Origin: an uncultured virus (IMG/VR IMGVR_UViG_3300005683_000013)
Lineage: Duplodnaviria; Heunggongvirae; Uroviricota; Caudoviricetes
IMG/VR virus record: IMGVR_UViG_3300005683_000013
DNA: 64,000 bases
Direction: 5' to 3' (one strand)
Shown here: in pieces, positions 10,484 through 20,376 of the stretch
Layout: every line of letters starts with the position of its first letter
Numbering within the stretch: the stretch's first letter is position 1
The notes under the pieces: model-generated
Databases searched by the model: none
The model's input: only the letters and a program-made list of their open reading frames with translations
What the model was told of the DNA's origin: nothing
Position numbers and translations under genes: made by a program

Positions 10484-10760
10484 TTGAAAGTGAGCAAAAA
10501 TAAGTGACGAAGGAATACATCACAGCGCCTGTCCCACCTCCAACACAGTTTTGAATGACGTTCACGAGATTCATGCCACCATTTTTATATGGTTTTGAAG
10601 TGATCTCTAGTTTCAAACCTTTGACGAATTCAGGAGAATTTTCCCAATTTATTCCTGGAGGAGCAGGTGGTTGCCTGTTTACAACAATGACTGTGCCTGG
10701 TAAAACGTCTTCTCGTTTCAACATATGGTATGTTATACTATCACTTGGGTAAAGATACAC
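10467..10760 (-). CDS. hypothetical protein
   Basis: ORF track; start uncertain. Confidence 0.55.
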   Translation of the reverse strand: MYLYPSDSITYHMLKREDVLPGTVIVVNRQPPAPPGINWENSPEFVKGLKLEITSKPYKNGGMNLVNVIQNCVGGGTGAVMYSFVTYFCSLSNEKTS

Positions 10761-10980
10761 TTGGCGTCATTGCTCGTTTGTCAGCATCGACACGAATCAG
10801 TTCTTCTGGTGACCAACCAAAGTGATAACAGACTGCACGAACGCCAGCCGCTGTCGCGTACATCGGTACGTTAGGATCTTTTTGCAACTTTATCGCAAGT
10901 TCGTTGATGATACCAAGAACATAATACGGATCGAGTGCAGTCGCAGAACGTTTTAGAATATTAAACATTTTTTTCCTCAA
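10741..10980 (-). CDS. hypothetical protein
   Basis: ORF track. Confidence 0.55.
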   Translation of the reverse strand: MRKKMFNILKRSATALDPYYVLGIINELAIKLQKDPNVPMYATAAGVRAVCYHFGWSPEELIRVDADKRAMTPSVSLPK

Positions 10981-11293
10981 TCATTTCGATTTCAAGTTGA
11001 TCTGAAACGAGATCTTCTACGTACGTTTGAAGTTCCTCTAACACTCGAACATGAATTTGAATCAACGTTTTGATTTCAAGGAGATTGTCTGACGGTTTCT
11101 TGAAATCATCAGTAGGATCATCAACGATGATTCGAGCTTTCTTTTGAATTTCACCTCGAATTAACAGTATTTTCTTTGCTTGATTTTCAAGCCATAGTTC
11201 GAAATTTTGTTCTGAAACAGACTCAGACGGTAATCGTGGGGGAGGCGGAATCTGAAATTCAACCTGTTGCTTGTAAGAGTTCGGGACGATCAT
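10961..11293 (-). CDS. hypothetical protein
   Basis: ORF track. Confidence 0.6.
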   Translation of the reverse strand: MIVPNSYKQQVEFQIPPPPRLPSESVSEQNFELWLENQAKKILLIRGEIQKKARIIVDDPTDDFKKPSDNLLEIKTLIQIHVRVLEELQTYVEDLVSDQLEIEMIEEKNV

Positions 11294-11768
11294 AACGTTG
11301 TAGCCCTGTCACAGGGTTATAAGAAAACTTTGACTTACTCTGATAATAGACACGATTCACAATCTCTTGAAGCTCATGTCTCCAACTTGATTGTGATTGA
11401 TCACCCCATCTGGAAAGTCGACAAAATGCAGCACGATCATAGTATTCTGCACGATAACAAGGGTTATCAAACCCTGTCACAAACACCCTGTCTGGAATGC
11501 CAAACTGTGTTGCAGTGACGTCAACAATGTGTTTGTCAATTTCCAACCAACAGTGATTGCCATAATACGTGTCATGGAAATGACTGTTTTTATCATATCG
11601 ACCCATCACAAAATGTGAATTGACACCCAACCTACGATACACTCTATTGAGCACCCACGAGCCGATACCACAGGCTCCACAAAGATCTTTATAAGAAATG
11701 CTGCAATCACGATTTAAAACAAATGCTTCAATTTCCCATCTTACGAGCTCAGCAATCTCAATAAGCAT
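11259..11768 (-). CDS. transglutaminase/papain-like fold protein
   Basis: GAC...HCWLE...IVDVTATQF (Cys-His-Asp pattern). Confidence 0.6.
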   Translation of the reverse strand: MLIEIAELVRWEIEAFVLNRDCSISYKDLCGACGIGSWVLNRVYRRLGVNSHFVMGRYDKNSHFHDTYYGNHCWLEIDKHIVDVTATQFGIPDRVFVTGFDNPCYRAEYYDRAAFCRLSRWGDQSQSSWRHELQEIVNRVYYQSKSKFSYNPVTGLQRYDRPELLQATG

Positions 11769-11798
11769 ACAGCGACAGTAACACCCCCACCCCTTATT

Positions 11799-12008
11799 TT
11801 ACAAGCGCCAGGAGGCGTTATGATAGTCATCGTCAATGCTAAATTGATCATTTTGATCTTCCTCATACTCAGAAAGATAATCGTTGATGCAATTTTTTGC
11901 ACCGCCACGTGGTGCACGTCGATCTCCCATAGGACCTCCGGGACGATTCATGGCAATTTGAACTTGAGTGTTACGAAGCGTAGCAGGAGGAATGCGAATT
12001 GTGTTCAT
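11799..12008 (-). CDS. hypothetical protein
   Basis: ORF track. Confidence 0.55.
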   Translation of the reverse strand: MNTIRIPPATLRNTQVQIAMNRPGGPMGDRRAPRGGAKNCINDYLSEYEEDQNDQFSIDDDYHNASWRL

Positions 12009-12011
12009 TTT

Positions 12012-12200
12012 TTAATTACCAGGTTTTGGGTAAAATGACAACATTTTTTTCTCATGACGTTTATCAATGAGAATACGTGCAAGTTCAAGTTGAGAAGACA
12101 ACGACAGCTTTCCGAGTTCACTCTGAAGCGACGACAAAGGTCTTCCGGATTCATGCGCAATATTTGTAAGCTCAGCATCCAACTCGTTCAGCATGGACAT
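12012..12200 (-). CDS. hypothetical protein
   Basis: ORF track. Confidence 0.5.
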   Translation of the reverse strand: MSMLNELDAELTNIAHESGRPLSSLQSELGKLSLSSQLELARILIDKRHEKKMLSFYPKPGN

Positions 12201-12356
12201 ATCCTATCCGGCAACACAAACAATTTCACAAAACTCCAACACAGAACAGCAAAATGCCAACAATTATGATAGGCAGAACAGAGAACGTAAATCCCTCATA
12301 GATACCCATGTTGACACTCTCGTCACTTTGTGTGTACTGTTCCATGGAATATCCGT

Positions 12357-12728
12357 TCAAGAATTGAGTGACATCACGCAATATTCTGTGGGACTGATAC
12401 TATAGAACGCCCTAACGATGCCCTTGTTTTTTAAGAGCGTTTCACATGCGATGCACGGTTTACTCATTGCAAGCTGCCCATTTCTAGACACTCGGGCAAC
12501 GTAAATCGTGCCTCCCCTGTCCATTTTTTTTACGCATCGATATTCAGCATGGCATTGTGGAAACGACCATCCCTGACCATGTGCTTTGGACTCTTGTGCT
12601 GGACCGTTTCTGGCACTGACAATGATGCCATCGTTTCTCACCCCAACTGCGCCAAGCAAGAAGTTTCTAGGATCGTTTTCAAGCTTTGAGATCGCCACTG
12701 AAGCAGCCAAGAGGATCAACGGATGCAT
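12357..12728 (-). CDS. cytidine/dCMP deaminase superfamily protein
   Basis: HAE...IYVARV...SKPCIAC zinc motif. Confidence 0.8.
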   Translation of the reverse strand: MHPLILLAASVAISKLENDPRNFLLGAVGVRNDGIIVSARNGPAQESKAHGQGWSFPQCHAEYRCVKKMDRGGTIYVARVSRNGQLAMSKPCIACETLLKNKGIVRAFYSISPTEYCVMSLNS

Positions 12729-12784
12729 GTTGACTTAACATACAATTCTTTGAACAAATGTTCATATTTAGATAGAGTGTAAAT

Positions 12785-13033
12785 ATGTCGACAACTGGTC
12801 CACCACCACCCATACCATACGATGCCGAAACGCAAGCGGCCAGAATTGAGGCAGCAACCGCTTATTTGCAGTCTGCGTTGGAAATATTAATTGAAGCGCA
12901 AGAGCATGAAACTCTAGCTGGAATATGTTGGGACACAACGTTGCTTGAGAAGCTCAAGAGAATGACGTTTGCAACAAAGTTAATGTGCGAAGAAATCGCC
13001 GCAAATATCATCAACATTGACGTGTCTGATTAA
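12785..13033 (+). CDS. hypothetical protein
   Basis: ORF followed by hairpin. Confidence 0.55.
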   Translation: MSTTGPPPPIPYDAETQAARIEAATAYLQSALEILIEAQEHETLAGICWDTTLLEKLKRMTFATKLMCEEIAANIINIDVSD

Positions 13034-13040
13034 CGATCTC

Positions 13041-13059
13041 GAGCTGCATATAGCAGCTC
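13041..13059. terminator. hairpin between convergent genes
   Basis: GAGCTGC-ATATA-GCAGCTC. Confidence 0.5.
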
Positions 13060-13088
13060 AGGATCACATTGACGATTTGTGTTGTGAG

Positions 13089-13511
13089 TTACTTTGAGAG
13101 TAAGACTCGAGGCGTCTGTGGTTTTTCTTCTACGTATGAATCAACCACAGTTTGCAATTCTGGCGACAAGAGCTTATACAATCCCTTGAAGCTATCGCTG
13201 AATGCGATACGTTCCTGAAAAAGACCAGAATACCAAGACTGTGGCAGTCGTGACTTGAGTCCTCCGATGATCACCTCTTCAGGCAAGTCTCGAAATACGA
13301 TTGCATTTGTGACATAAGATACCGTTGCACAATTATCGGTGATACCACTCCTTATGACAACGTTACCTTTCTTGTCCTCTGGAAAGAGACTTGTTTCAGC
13401 GGCGTTGATGATCTCTTTTTTCAAGTCTTCAAGCTTCTTCGACAATGACTTGATTTGCCGATTCAAGTCAACAGCGAGATCGACTTTTGACTCAATTTCA
13501 GTCTGATTCAT
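13089..13511 (-). CDS. hypothetical protein with N-terminal coiled coil
   Basis: AGGAG RBS. Confidence 0.7.
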   Translation of the reverse strand: MNQTEIESKVDLAVDLNRQIKSLSKKLEDLKKEIINAAETSLFPEDKKGNVVIRSGITDNCATVSYVTNAIVFRDLPEEVIIGGLKSRLPQSWYSGLFQERIAFSDSFKGLYKLLSPELQTVVDSYVEEKPQTPRVLLSK

Positions 13512-13523
13512 TTTGAGTCTCCT

Positions 13524-13548
13524 GTGTCGGGGGTTTCACCCCCGACAC
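13524..13548 (-). terminator. GC-rich hairpin after 13562..13870
   Basis: GTGTCGGGGG-TTTCA-CCCCCGACAC. Confidence 0.55.
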
Positions 13549-13561
13549 TTAAGGTTGTCAA

Positions 13562-13870
13562 TCAGGCCTCTGCCTCTTGGTCTTTCATAGACGGCGCCCT
13601 GACATATCGGAACTCACCGTTCTGAACAATCTCACGCAGTGCCTCCTTGACAGCTTTCTCAGCTCGTGCTGCGAGGTGGCGGGGGGTGCCCTCAGCGATT
13701 CGACCCTGACCGATTCCGTTGACATAGGTGAGCATGCGGGCCACACCCAGCATTCCGTAGTGTTGGACAAGACCTTTCAGAACCTTGAAGTCGGTGTCCT
13801 TGTCGCCGATGGTGTATGAGACAGTGTTGTCGGTCGAAGCGGCGGGGGCGGTGTTGTCGATGGTGCTCAT
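13562..13870 (-). CDS. hypothetical protein
   Basis: AAGGT RBS; GTGAAG-N17-TATAGT promoter. Confidence 0.75.
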   Translation of the reverse strand: MSTIDNTAPAASTDNTVSYTIGDKDTDFKVLKGLVQHYGMLGVARMLTYVNGIGQGRIAEGTPRHLAARAEKAVKEALREIVQNGEFRYVRAPSMKDQEAEA

Positions 13871-14083
13871 TGTTTTACCTTTGTTGTTTGTTTGTTGTTT
13901 CCAGCCGATGATAAGACTATAAGCTTTCTGTCTTTGACCTTCACCACCCCTGATTTATTTTCTTATGAATATTCGAAAAGAAAATGCGAATATTACACTA
14001 TACCACACTTTCACACCCAGAACAGGAAAAAGTGATGGCCAGCATCCCGACAACATTCATTGTCGAAACCTGGCCATGAATTG

Positions 14084-14156
14084 TCGGACAACTCGGGATT
14101 GAACCGAGGACCGCCCGGATATAAGCCGGATGCTCTAACCGCTGAGCTATTGTCCG
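14084..14156 (-). tRNA. tRNA-Ile(UAU)
   Basis: Cloverleaf CGGACAA/TTGTCCG, anticodon loop CT-TAT-AT, GTTCAATCC. Confidence 0.85.
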
Positions 14157-14452
14157 AATCTTGCTAAGTCAATGTAATTCATTGACCCAAGATGTTTATC
14201 TTACCATGAATAACATGCTAACACTGACGCCAATGATGGCGACACCAAAGACCATGAGAAAGAACAAAGCCAAAAGTTGGATAAACACAACGATAAATTT
14301 AAACATGTCACTGACTCGTCAAGTATCGCCAAACGAACCCGTATAACACGATCCAGACCAACCCACCCACTAAACAAACACCGATGAACGCTCCCATGAG
14401 GAACGCCACCAGTTTCATGACACCACCGGCCAATGCAAATAACGTGTCCATG

Positions 14453-14668
14453 TTAAACATTCTTGCTGATGAGCAGCATCAACATGCTAAATGCCAACAA
14501 CCCACCACCATACGCGATGAATTGAATTTGCCCTGTGCATGATCCGATACCCACAATCAAGATACCAACACTCGCAGATATTGGCGTTGTGAACCTTGCC
14601 AATTTCATCATGAGCCATGCGAAAGTAAAAATGCTTCCGCATACAAACATCCAGTATAATTGCGTCAT
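14453..14668 (-). CDS. small membrane protein
   Basis: Hydrophobic; ATGAAA-N17-TAGAGT-6nt-ATG. Confidence 0.6.
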   Translation of the reverse strand: MTQLYWMFVCGSIFTFAWLMMKLARFTTPISASVGILIVGIGSCTGQIQFIAYGGGLLAFSMLMLLISKNV

Positions 14669-14743
14669 GATAACACTCTACAACATTGGGCATGAACTTT
14701 CATAATTAATAACGTGAAAGTTCATGCCCAACTGAGAGACATT

Positions 14744-15397
14744 TCAATTCTCTTGAGTGACCTCTGGACCGCTTTCAGCAGCTTCAACAGGTTCCGCAAC
14801 CTCCGGCTCGGGTTGGGTCATTGGCGGTGGCGCAGAGGTCAACCGGGTGACGGTCTCGGTCACAACTTCTGGGGTCACCTGCAACACTTGGCCGCCGACA
14901 GGTTCGGCGTCTGCAATGAAGAAATAATCGTCACGATCACGCCCGTTGAGTCGAACATAACATCGCAACCGAGCGACCTTGGTGACGGTGCCAAACTGGC
15001 CCAAAAACTTGGGATTGCCACTGCGAATCTTCACACGCTGTCCGACTGTGAGGCTTTTCGTCGAACCATCGCTTTGGACGAAGGCCGCGATTGACATCAC
15101 GCCTCGCCGACGAATCTCGACATTGAGATGAGCCAACACACAGTTCAGATCTGCCGTGCTGAGGTTCTGAAGGGCGACAAACAACGTTGCAGAATCACCA
15201 CTGAGTTCTGGCAACTGATTGGCGAGCTTGTCGACCTTCGCCATGTGAGCAGGTGCCTTGTCGGCGGGCTTCTGCTTCTGCTGAATGACAACGGGCTTGA
15301 CGTTGACAGTCTCTTCTTTCTTTTGACCTTGCTCGACAAGGGCGACGGGGGCAACGGACTTGGAGGACTGCTTCTGGGCGATTTGCGATTGCGGCAT
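14744..15397 (-). CDS. KOW-motif protein with low-complexity termini
   Basis: LTVGQRVKIRSGNPKFLGQFGTVTKV; AAGGA RBS before MPQS. Confidence 0.7.
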   Translation of the reverse strand: MPQSQIAQKQSSKSVAPVALVEQGQKKEETVNVKPVVIQQKQKPADKAPAHMAKVDKLANQLPELSGDSATLFVALQNLSTADLNCVLAHLNVEIRRRGVMSIAAFVQSDGSTKSLTVGQRVKIRSGNPKFLGQFGTVTKVARLRCYVRLNGRDRDDYFFIADAEPVGGQVLQVTPEVVTETVTRLTSAPPPMTQPEPEVAEPVEAAESGPEVTQEN

Positions 15398-15500
15398 GGA
15401 TTTTCCTTGGTTTCGCAAGTTAGAGGAACCCTTTCCCCTTTGCTTGCCATCTGTAGCCACTCTACCCCTCTCCTCGATCTTTTTCACTGGCATCATAACT

Positions 15501-15770
15501 TTATGCACCTTGCAAATATTGAGGCAACACGTGAAACTTCTTCCCGTCGATGATCATTGACTGAACGAGTCGTTGCACGGATGCGTGTCGCACCGTGCAA
15601 GTCTCGAAATCGTCTCCTATGTAAACTCCGATCGTGCCAGGCTCAAACGCTCGGCGCCATTGCCGAGCCGTTGGTGTGTATACCAACCACCCTTCCCATG
15701 CACCCTCGCCAACAGCGAGGCATTTCGTTAATGAAACTAACATGCCTGGAGTGATGTTGCATGTGGCCAC
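15501..15770 (-). CDS. small SH3-like protein (dispersed relative of array family)
   Basis: PGMLV...PGTIGVYIG...MIIDGKKFHV. Confidence 0.55.
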   Translation of the reverse strand: MATCNITPGMLVSLTKCLAVGEGAWEGWLVYTPTARQWRRAFEPGTIGVYIGDDFETCTVRHASVQRLVQSMIIDGKKFHVLPQYLQGA

Positions 15771-15788
15771 TATACATATGTATAACCA

Positions 15789-16256
15789 TCAAGTGTCAGT
15801 TGGACAGGCCAGTTTTAGTGAAAGTGCAAGGGCGGCGGCAAACACTGCTTTCGCATCGTCTTCAGCAACATCCTGAACATGATGATACGCAATTGAACGT
15901 GCTTCACTTAGCACGTTTTTCATGAGATGTTCTTGATCTGTTCCCCAACGCTCTCCGTTTCGTCTTATATTATCACGATGTTCTTTGATAAGTTTGCGTT
16001 TGACTTTTTCAACGTTTTTGGCGATGGTCGTTTTTATGACTTCAACAACGATCGGTTGCACACCTGGAATGTCATAAAACCAACGAACGTAAGATTCTGC
16101 GGCCGACGAGTAGTGCAACTTAATGGTAGGTGAATAGTTGTTGTTAAGACCAAACTTCTTGAACAACGCATGGCTAATCAAGGACGTGATGATGTTGTCA
16201 ACGATCTCACCACAATCTTGTGTGACAACATCATCAATGTTATTGTGCTTGCTCAT
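15789..16256 (-). CDS. hypothetical protein
   Basis: ORF track. Confidence 0.65.
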   Translation of the reverse strand: MSKHNNIDDVVTQDCGEIVDNIITSLISHALFKKFGLNNNYSPTIKLHYSSAAESYVRWFYDIPGVQPIVVEVIKTTIAKNVEKVKRKLIKEHRDNIRRNGERWGTDQEHLMKNVLSEARSIAYHHVQDVAEDDAKAVFAAALALSLKLACPTDT

Positions 16257-16262
16257 TTGAGT

Positions 16263-16754
16263 TCAAACGTCATCATCAGAAATAACTTCTTGATTTGACT
16301 TGATCGCTTTGATAACTGGACCGCAGACGACGTCAATGTTCTTCAGGAACAATGCCATGTCGTCTTTCATGTTTTGCTTGATCTTTTCTTCGTGTTCTTT
16401 TGTCAACCTTGCAATTGCGGCATGAAATTGCTCAGAATAATGCCTTCTGTATGCCTCAACAACGACTTCCTGAAAATTGACGATGAACTTTTCGTCCTGA
16501 AAAAGGCGAGTGACTTCTTTCAACGCATCGAATTGAATCGTGTTTTGTGCGATGTCACGAATCAACTCGATCAACTTATTGGTGAAGCAGTTCGTTACTT
16601 GTGCCTCATACCCTTGAGCATAATCGTTGACGAGCCCAAGACCAGCGATGACGACTTCTTTCATCGACTTCTTGATGAAGTTGCGAGTGACGGCGTCAAT
16701 CGTGCTGAGCTTCAACGACAACTGGTGTGCAAGAGACTGTTGTTCCTCGTTCAT
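16263..16754 (-). CDS. hypothetical helical protein
   Basis: ATGA-coupled to vWA gene. Confidence 0.65.
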   Translation of the reverse strand: MNEEQQSLAHQLSLKLSTIDAVTRNFIKKSMKEVVIAGLGLVNDYAQGYEAQVTNCFTNKLIELIRDIAQNTIQFDALKEVTRLFQDEKFIVNFQEVVVEAYRRHYSEQFHAAIARLTKEHEEKIKQNMKDDMALFLKNIDVVCGPVIKAIKSNQEVISDDDV

Positions 16755-18208
16755 CGCCACGCACCCTTTGCATGCTTCTTCTCAAGATCCATGTTAATGA
16801 CCATCTCATTTGTCTCGAACAACAACTTCTGACCAGGAGTGATGACCCAACCTCGCTTGACACGAGATTGCTTTGGAGCGTTGCATACACCGTCAGTACA
16901 GATCAACAAGCCATCAAACTGGCCGCGATGCTCTGGACTGTTGACGTATTCGGTTGGAGCGTCAAAGTTGGTACCGCCGCTCCGAGTTCGAAACAAATCC
17001 AGCTTTTGACCCTTCTTCCACTCTTTGATATTTCGTATATCGACCTCACAATCGAACGGAATGATGGTGAACGACACTTGCTTGGCAAGAGACCCGAGCA
17101 CAGAAAAGATTGCGTCAAGCTGAACATCATCCACTGAACCAGACTGATCAATTGCAATCGCAAGTCGAGGAGTCCGGCCACGTTTGATGCCAGGATGCAC
17201 ATATGCATAACGTTTGTTAATCTTTTTGATTGATGTTGCACGCGAACCGCTGCTAAACATTGCAACAAAGTTCTTCAACACTTCACGCCAATCAACGATG
17301 TCAGACACGCTTGCACGAATCTCAGCACGAATTTCAGCAGGGATGTTTCCCCACCCGTTTGCCGTGGCATCTGCTGCTCGAACGCCCTCTGCCACGATCT
17401 TTTTGATCTTACCTTCGACCAACGTCTTCAAATCATGGGGAATGTTTTCCCAGGCGTCATGCGAATCAAAAGAGTACGAGTCGTCCGACCATTTGTGCTC
17501 GCTGCTCTCACCCCATTTCATCAACATCTCAAAATACACTTCGCTAGGAAGTGCCGGGGGCAAGCTTGCGATGACTTTCTCAAACGATTCTTGTTTGGCA
17601 CGCTGGATTGATGTCAACTGACGCCAACCCTTTTTCGTCCTCACTGGCGTGACGCCCGGAAAGAGACCACAACTCGGAAGCTTCATTCCATACGACTTCG
17701 CAAGATCATTAATGGACAGATCCTGTGCCATGTTACTCACAATGTGAGGTTCTCGTCGACGAGTCGTCAAATGTTGCAGGATGAGGTGATAGAATTCGTG
17801 ACTGCATGTCCCCTTCAACTCATCATTTTGCAACCGCGCAGCAAATCTGGGACTGTATAGCATCTCAACGTCTTCATTGACGATGTTATAGCTCATAGCA
17901 AACGTACCGATTGTCTCGTCTGGACGCTTACGAACGTGACGAGAAATCGTCTGCATGAACACAGACTCTTTCAACCAATCAACAAGGATTGCCTGAAAGT
18001 TAAAAGTCTTGACTTTCTCGTCAATGAGACGTTCTTCACGTTCCTCTTCACACATGTCGACAAGATCTTCTGCAGTGAGTTCCATCACCTCCTCGTCTTT
18101 GACGCGAGGCGTGGCATAATCTTTCATCACCGCTTCAGTGCGATCGCAAAGAAGACCTGCGTTGTCATACGCTTTACGAAGACGCTCAATCGATTGTTTG
18201 CTGAACAT
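16751..18208 (-). CDS. HExxH metallopeptidase-like plus vWA domain protein (DUF2201 type)
   Basis: HEFYH; MIDAS DQSGS; GGT; TDG. Confidence 0.85.
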   Translation of the reverse strand: MFSKQSIERLRKAYDNAGLLCDRTEAVMKDYATPRVKDEEVMELTAEDLVDMCEEEREERLIDEKVKTFNFQAILVDWLKESVFMQTISRHVRKRPDETIGTFAMSYNIVNEDVEMLYSPRFAARLQNDELKGTCSHEFYHLILQHLTTRRREPHIVSNMAQDLSINDLAKSYGMKLPSCGLFPGVTPVRTKKGWRQLTSIQRAKQESFEKVIASLPPALPSEVYFEMLMKWGESSEHKWSDDSYSFDSHDAWENIPHDLKTLVEGKIKKIVAEGVRAADATANGWGNIPAEIRAEIRASVSDIVDWREVLKNFVAMFSSGSRATSIKKINKRYAYVHPGIKRGRTPRLAIAIDQSGSVDDVQLDAIFSVLGSLAKQVSFTIIPFDCEVDIRNIKEWKKGQKLDLFRTRSGGTNFDAPTEYVNSPEHRGQFDGLLICTDGVCNAPKQSRVKRGWVITPGQKLLFETNEMVINMDLEKKHAKGAWR

Positions 18209-18250
18209 GAGACTAACCTACCCTAGATTGAGGCAAATTACACACCGCGC

Positions 18251-19018
18251 TCACTCTGCTGCGTCGTCATCATCGCCTTCGAAAGGCGATTCTGCGATGA
18301 GTCCACCATCGCCAGTCATGTTGAGAATGCTTCCCATATTTGCAGGACCAAAGCGATTTTTCTCAAACTTGAAGATACGCTTGCCATACGTTTCAGAAGT
18401 CGGTCGCTGATCAATGTAAACGTGGGCATGAGAATCAATGTTGTGTTGCAACTGTTGTTTGCCTGCGAACTTGCCGCCCTTGGTGACCTGACCGATCATG
18501 ATCGTCATTGCATACGTTGCTTTGCAATATTCAGATACCATCTCTGCAATGCGAACTGGCGTCATGCTATTCGTCCCGCCGTCCTTGTATTTGCCATCAT
18601 CATGGACCTGGAGTGAGTCCAGAATAATCAGCGCCTTCTTGTTTGGGTTTGCAGCCCTCAATTGATCAAAGTGCTCGAGGGCCGCCGGGACCAACCGATC
18701 TTGGCCACAGATGAACCCAGACGTGAGACCGAGACGCTTGGTGACCTTTCGCACCTGAACAAGCGCTTCCTCGACCGTGTTAAGGAGACAAATGTTCCCG
18801 CTTTTCGTCCAGGCATCAGCGATCTGCAACATCGTTGTCGTCTTACCTGCACCCGGCGTGCCAGTAAACAGACAGACCTGGCTGGGAGTCAGACCATAAC
18901 CGCCCAGCGCGTCATCAAACCATTTGACCCCAGTCAGGATCGACTCTTCCAATTGAGGCGGGATGACAAGATCAAGAATGTTGGTGCCACGAGAGATCTG
19001 GCCATTAATCATCGACAT
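18251..19018 (-). CDS. RadA/Sms-like RecA-fold ATPase (ATPase domain only)
   Basis: GTPGAGKTT, ILDSLQ, GQVTKGG, KNRFG. Confidence 0.8.
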   Translation of the reverse strand: MSMINGQISRGTNILDLVIPPQLEESILTGVKWFDDALGGYGLTPSQVCLFTGTPGAGKTTTMLQIADAWTKSGNICLLNTVEEALVQVRKVTKRLGLTSGFICGQDRLVPAALEHFDQLRAANPNKKALIILDSLQVHDDGKYKDGGTNSMTPVRIAEMVSEYCKATYAMTIMIGQVTKGGKFAGKQQLQHNIDSHAHVYIDQRPTSETYGKRIFKFEKNRFGPANMGSILNMTGDGGLIAESPFEGDDDDAAE

Positions 19019-19245
19019 GTTAATCCCTTTCAGACAGTTTGAAGATATTACCAGGCTCGCTCAAGGTTTACACTCTTCAGCGACAGGTTTTTTCAACATC
19101 GCTAATGAAACTGTTATACACCCCACTGCTGGAACTATCACAATCGAAGCCAAAAAAAAGTTTTACCTCTTGTTGTGTAAAAGGTGACGCTTGGTGGTAT
19201 CCTCTAGCAAGTCAGCAACGGTGGAACAACCGGAGAGAAAAAAAC

Positions 19246-20328
19246 GTGGACATCAAAACTTTCGTAAGTGCCGCTCGCAGTCTTCCCGCCAATCATTCGA
19301 TTCTCATCCATGGTGAAACCGGGATTGGAAAGTCCCAAATCATGCGATTTCTTGCCACTGGGTTTTCGCTTGACACCATTGACAAGCGTCTCTCCCAACA
19401 GACTGAGGGTGACTTGGTGGGTCTTCCCGTCATCGTTGACGGAACGACGAGGTTTGCTCACCCAGATTGGTATGTTGAGGCTTGCAAGCGTCCAGTGATG
19501 TTGTTTTTCGATGAGCTCAACCGCGCGACCCCTGAGGTCATGCAAGCAGCGTTCCAGATCGTTCTTGATCGAGAACTCAATGGGATGCGACTTCATCCCG
19601 AAACTCGGATTGTCGCAGCTGTCAACATGTCGAGTCGATATCAAGTCAATGAGATTGACCCTGCACTTTTTGATAGATTTTGGGTGGTCGCCCTTGAGCC
19701 TTCAGTCGATGACTGGTTGGATTGGGCAAAGATGCCAAGCGACCACGATCCCAAGGTCTCCATCATTCATCCAATCGTACAAGGTTACATCCAAACGAAC
19801 AAGACGATGTTGGATCCCCCGGGAAGGAGTGAACCAAACGTCAAGCACTCTTCTCGACGATCTTGGCAGCGTTGTAACGACGCTCTCATGATGAATGGAC
19901 TTCTTGACGTGGATCTCAAGAAGGACGCAAGTGCTCTGGCAAAGTTTTATAACATTTGCCTTGGGTATCTTGGTCTGGAAGTCAGTCAGTCGTTCGTTTC
20001 GTATGCAAGCAACCTCGAGCGTCAGTTGTCTGCGACTGACATCCTTGATCGATTCGATGAGAATCTTCATCGGATTCAAGACCTTGGTGTTGACAAGTGG
20101 AACATCTGCATTGCAAAGATGGTGGAATACGCAAAGGAGAACAAGTTCACTGACACTCAGGCAAAGAACGTTGGCAAGTTTTTCAAGTTGATCCCTGGAG
20201 AGTTGTGTGTCTTCGCTTGGACGCAATTTGCGACCGACAACACTCCACATGGAATTGGCAACGTCAAGGCAATTCACCCTCATGTTGTTGCGGAAATCTT
20301 GAAAAATTTCCCACAGTCGAAATCGTAA
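19246..20328 (+). CDS. MoxR-type AAA+ ATPase
   Basis: GETGIGKS, FFDELNRA, DPALFDRF; GTG start with GGAG RBS after GTGTAA-N17-TATCCT. Confidence 0.85.
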   Translation: MDIKTFVSAARSLPANHSILIHGETGIGKSQIMRFLATGFSLDTIDKRLSQQTEGDLVGLPVIVDGTTRFAHPDWYVEACKRPVMLFFDELNRATPEVMQAAFQIVLDRELNGMRLHPETRIVAAVNMSSRYQVNEIDPALFDRFWVVALEPSVDDWLDWAKMPSDHDPKVSIIHPIVQGYIQTNKTMLDPPGRSEPNVKHSSRRSWQRCNDALMMNGLLDVDLKKDASALAKFYNICLGYLGLEVSQSFVSYASNLERQLSATDILDRFDENLHRIQDLGVDKWNICIAKMVEYAKENKFTDTQAKNVGKFFKLIPGELCVFAWTQFATDNTPHGIGNVKAIHPHVVAEILKNFPQSKS

Positions 20329-20336
20329 ACGTCTTC

Positions 20337-20359
20337 CGATGGCCCATTTCGGGCCATCG
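20337..20359 (+). terminator. hairpin after MoxR gene
   Basis: CGATGGCCC-ATTTC-GGGCCATCG. Confidence 0.5.
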
Positions 20360-20376
20360 CTCGTTAAAGAGTCATA

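Noticed and set aside
19039..19245. ORF-track N-terminal extension of the MoxR gene (likewise 24095..24259 of the methyltransferase)
   Set aside because: These extensions cover intergenic promoter sequence; homology-like sequence begins at 19246 and 24094.
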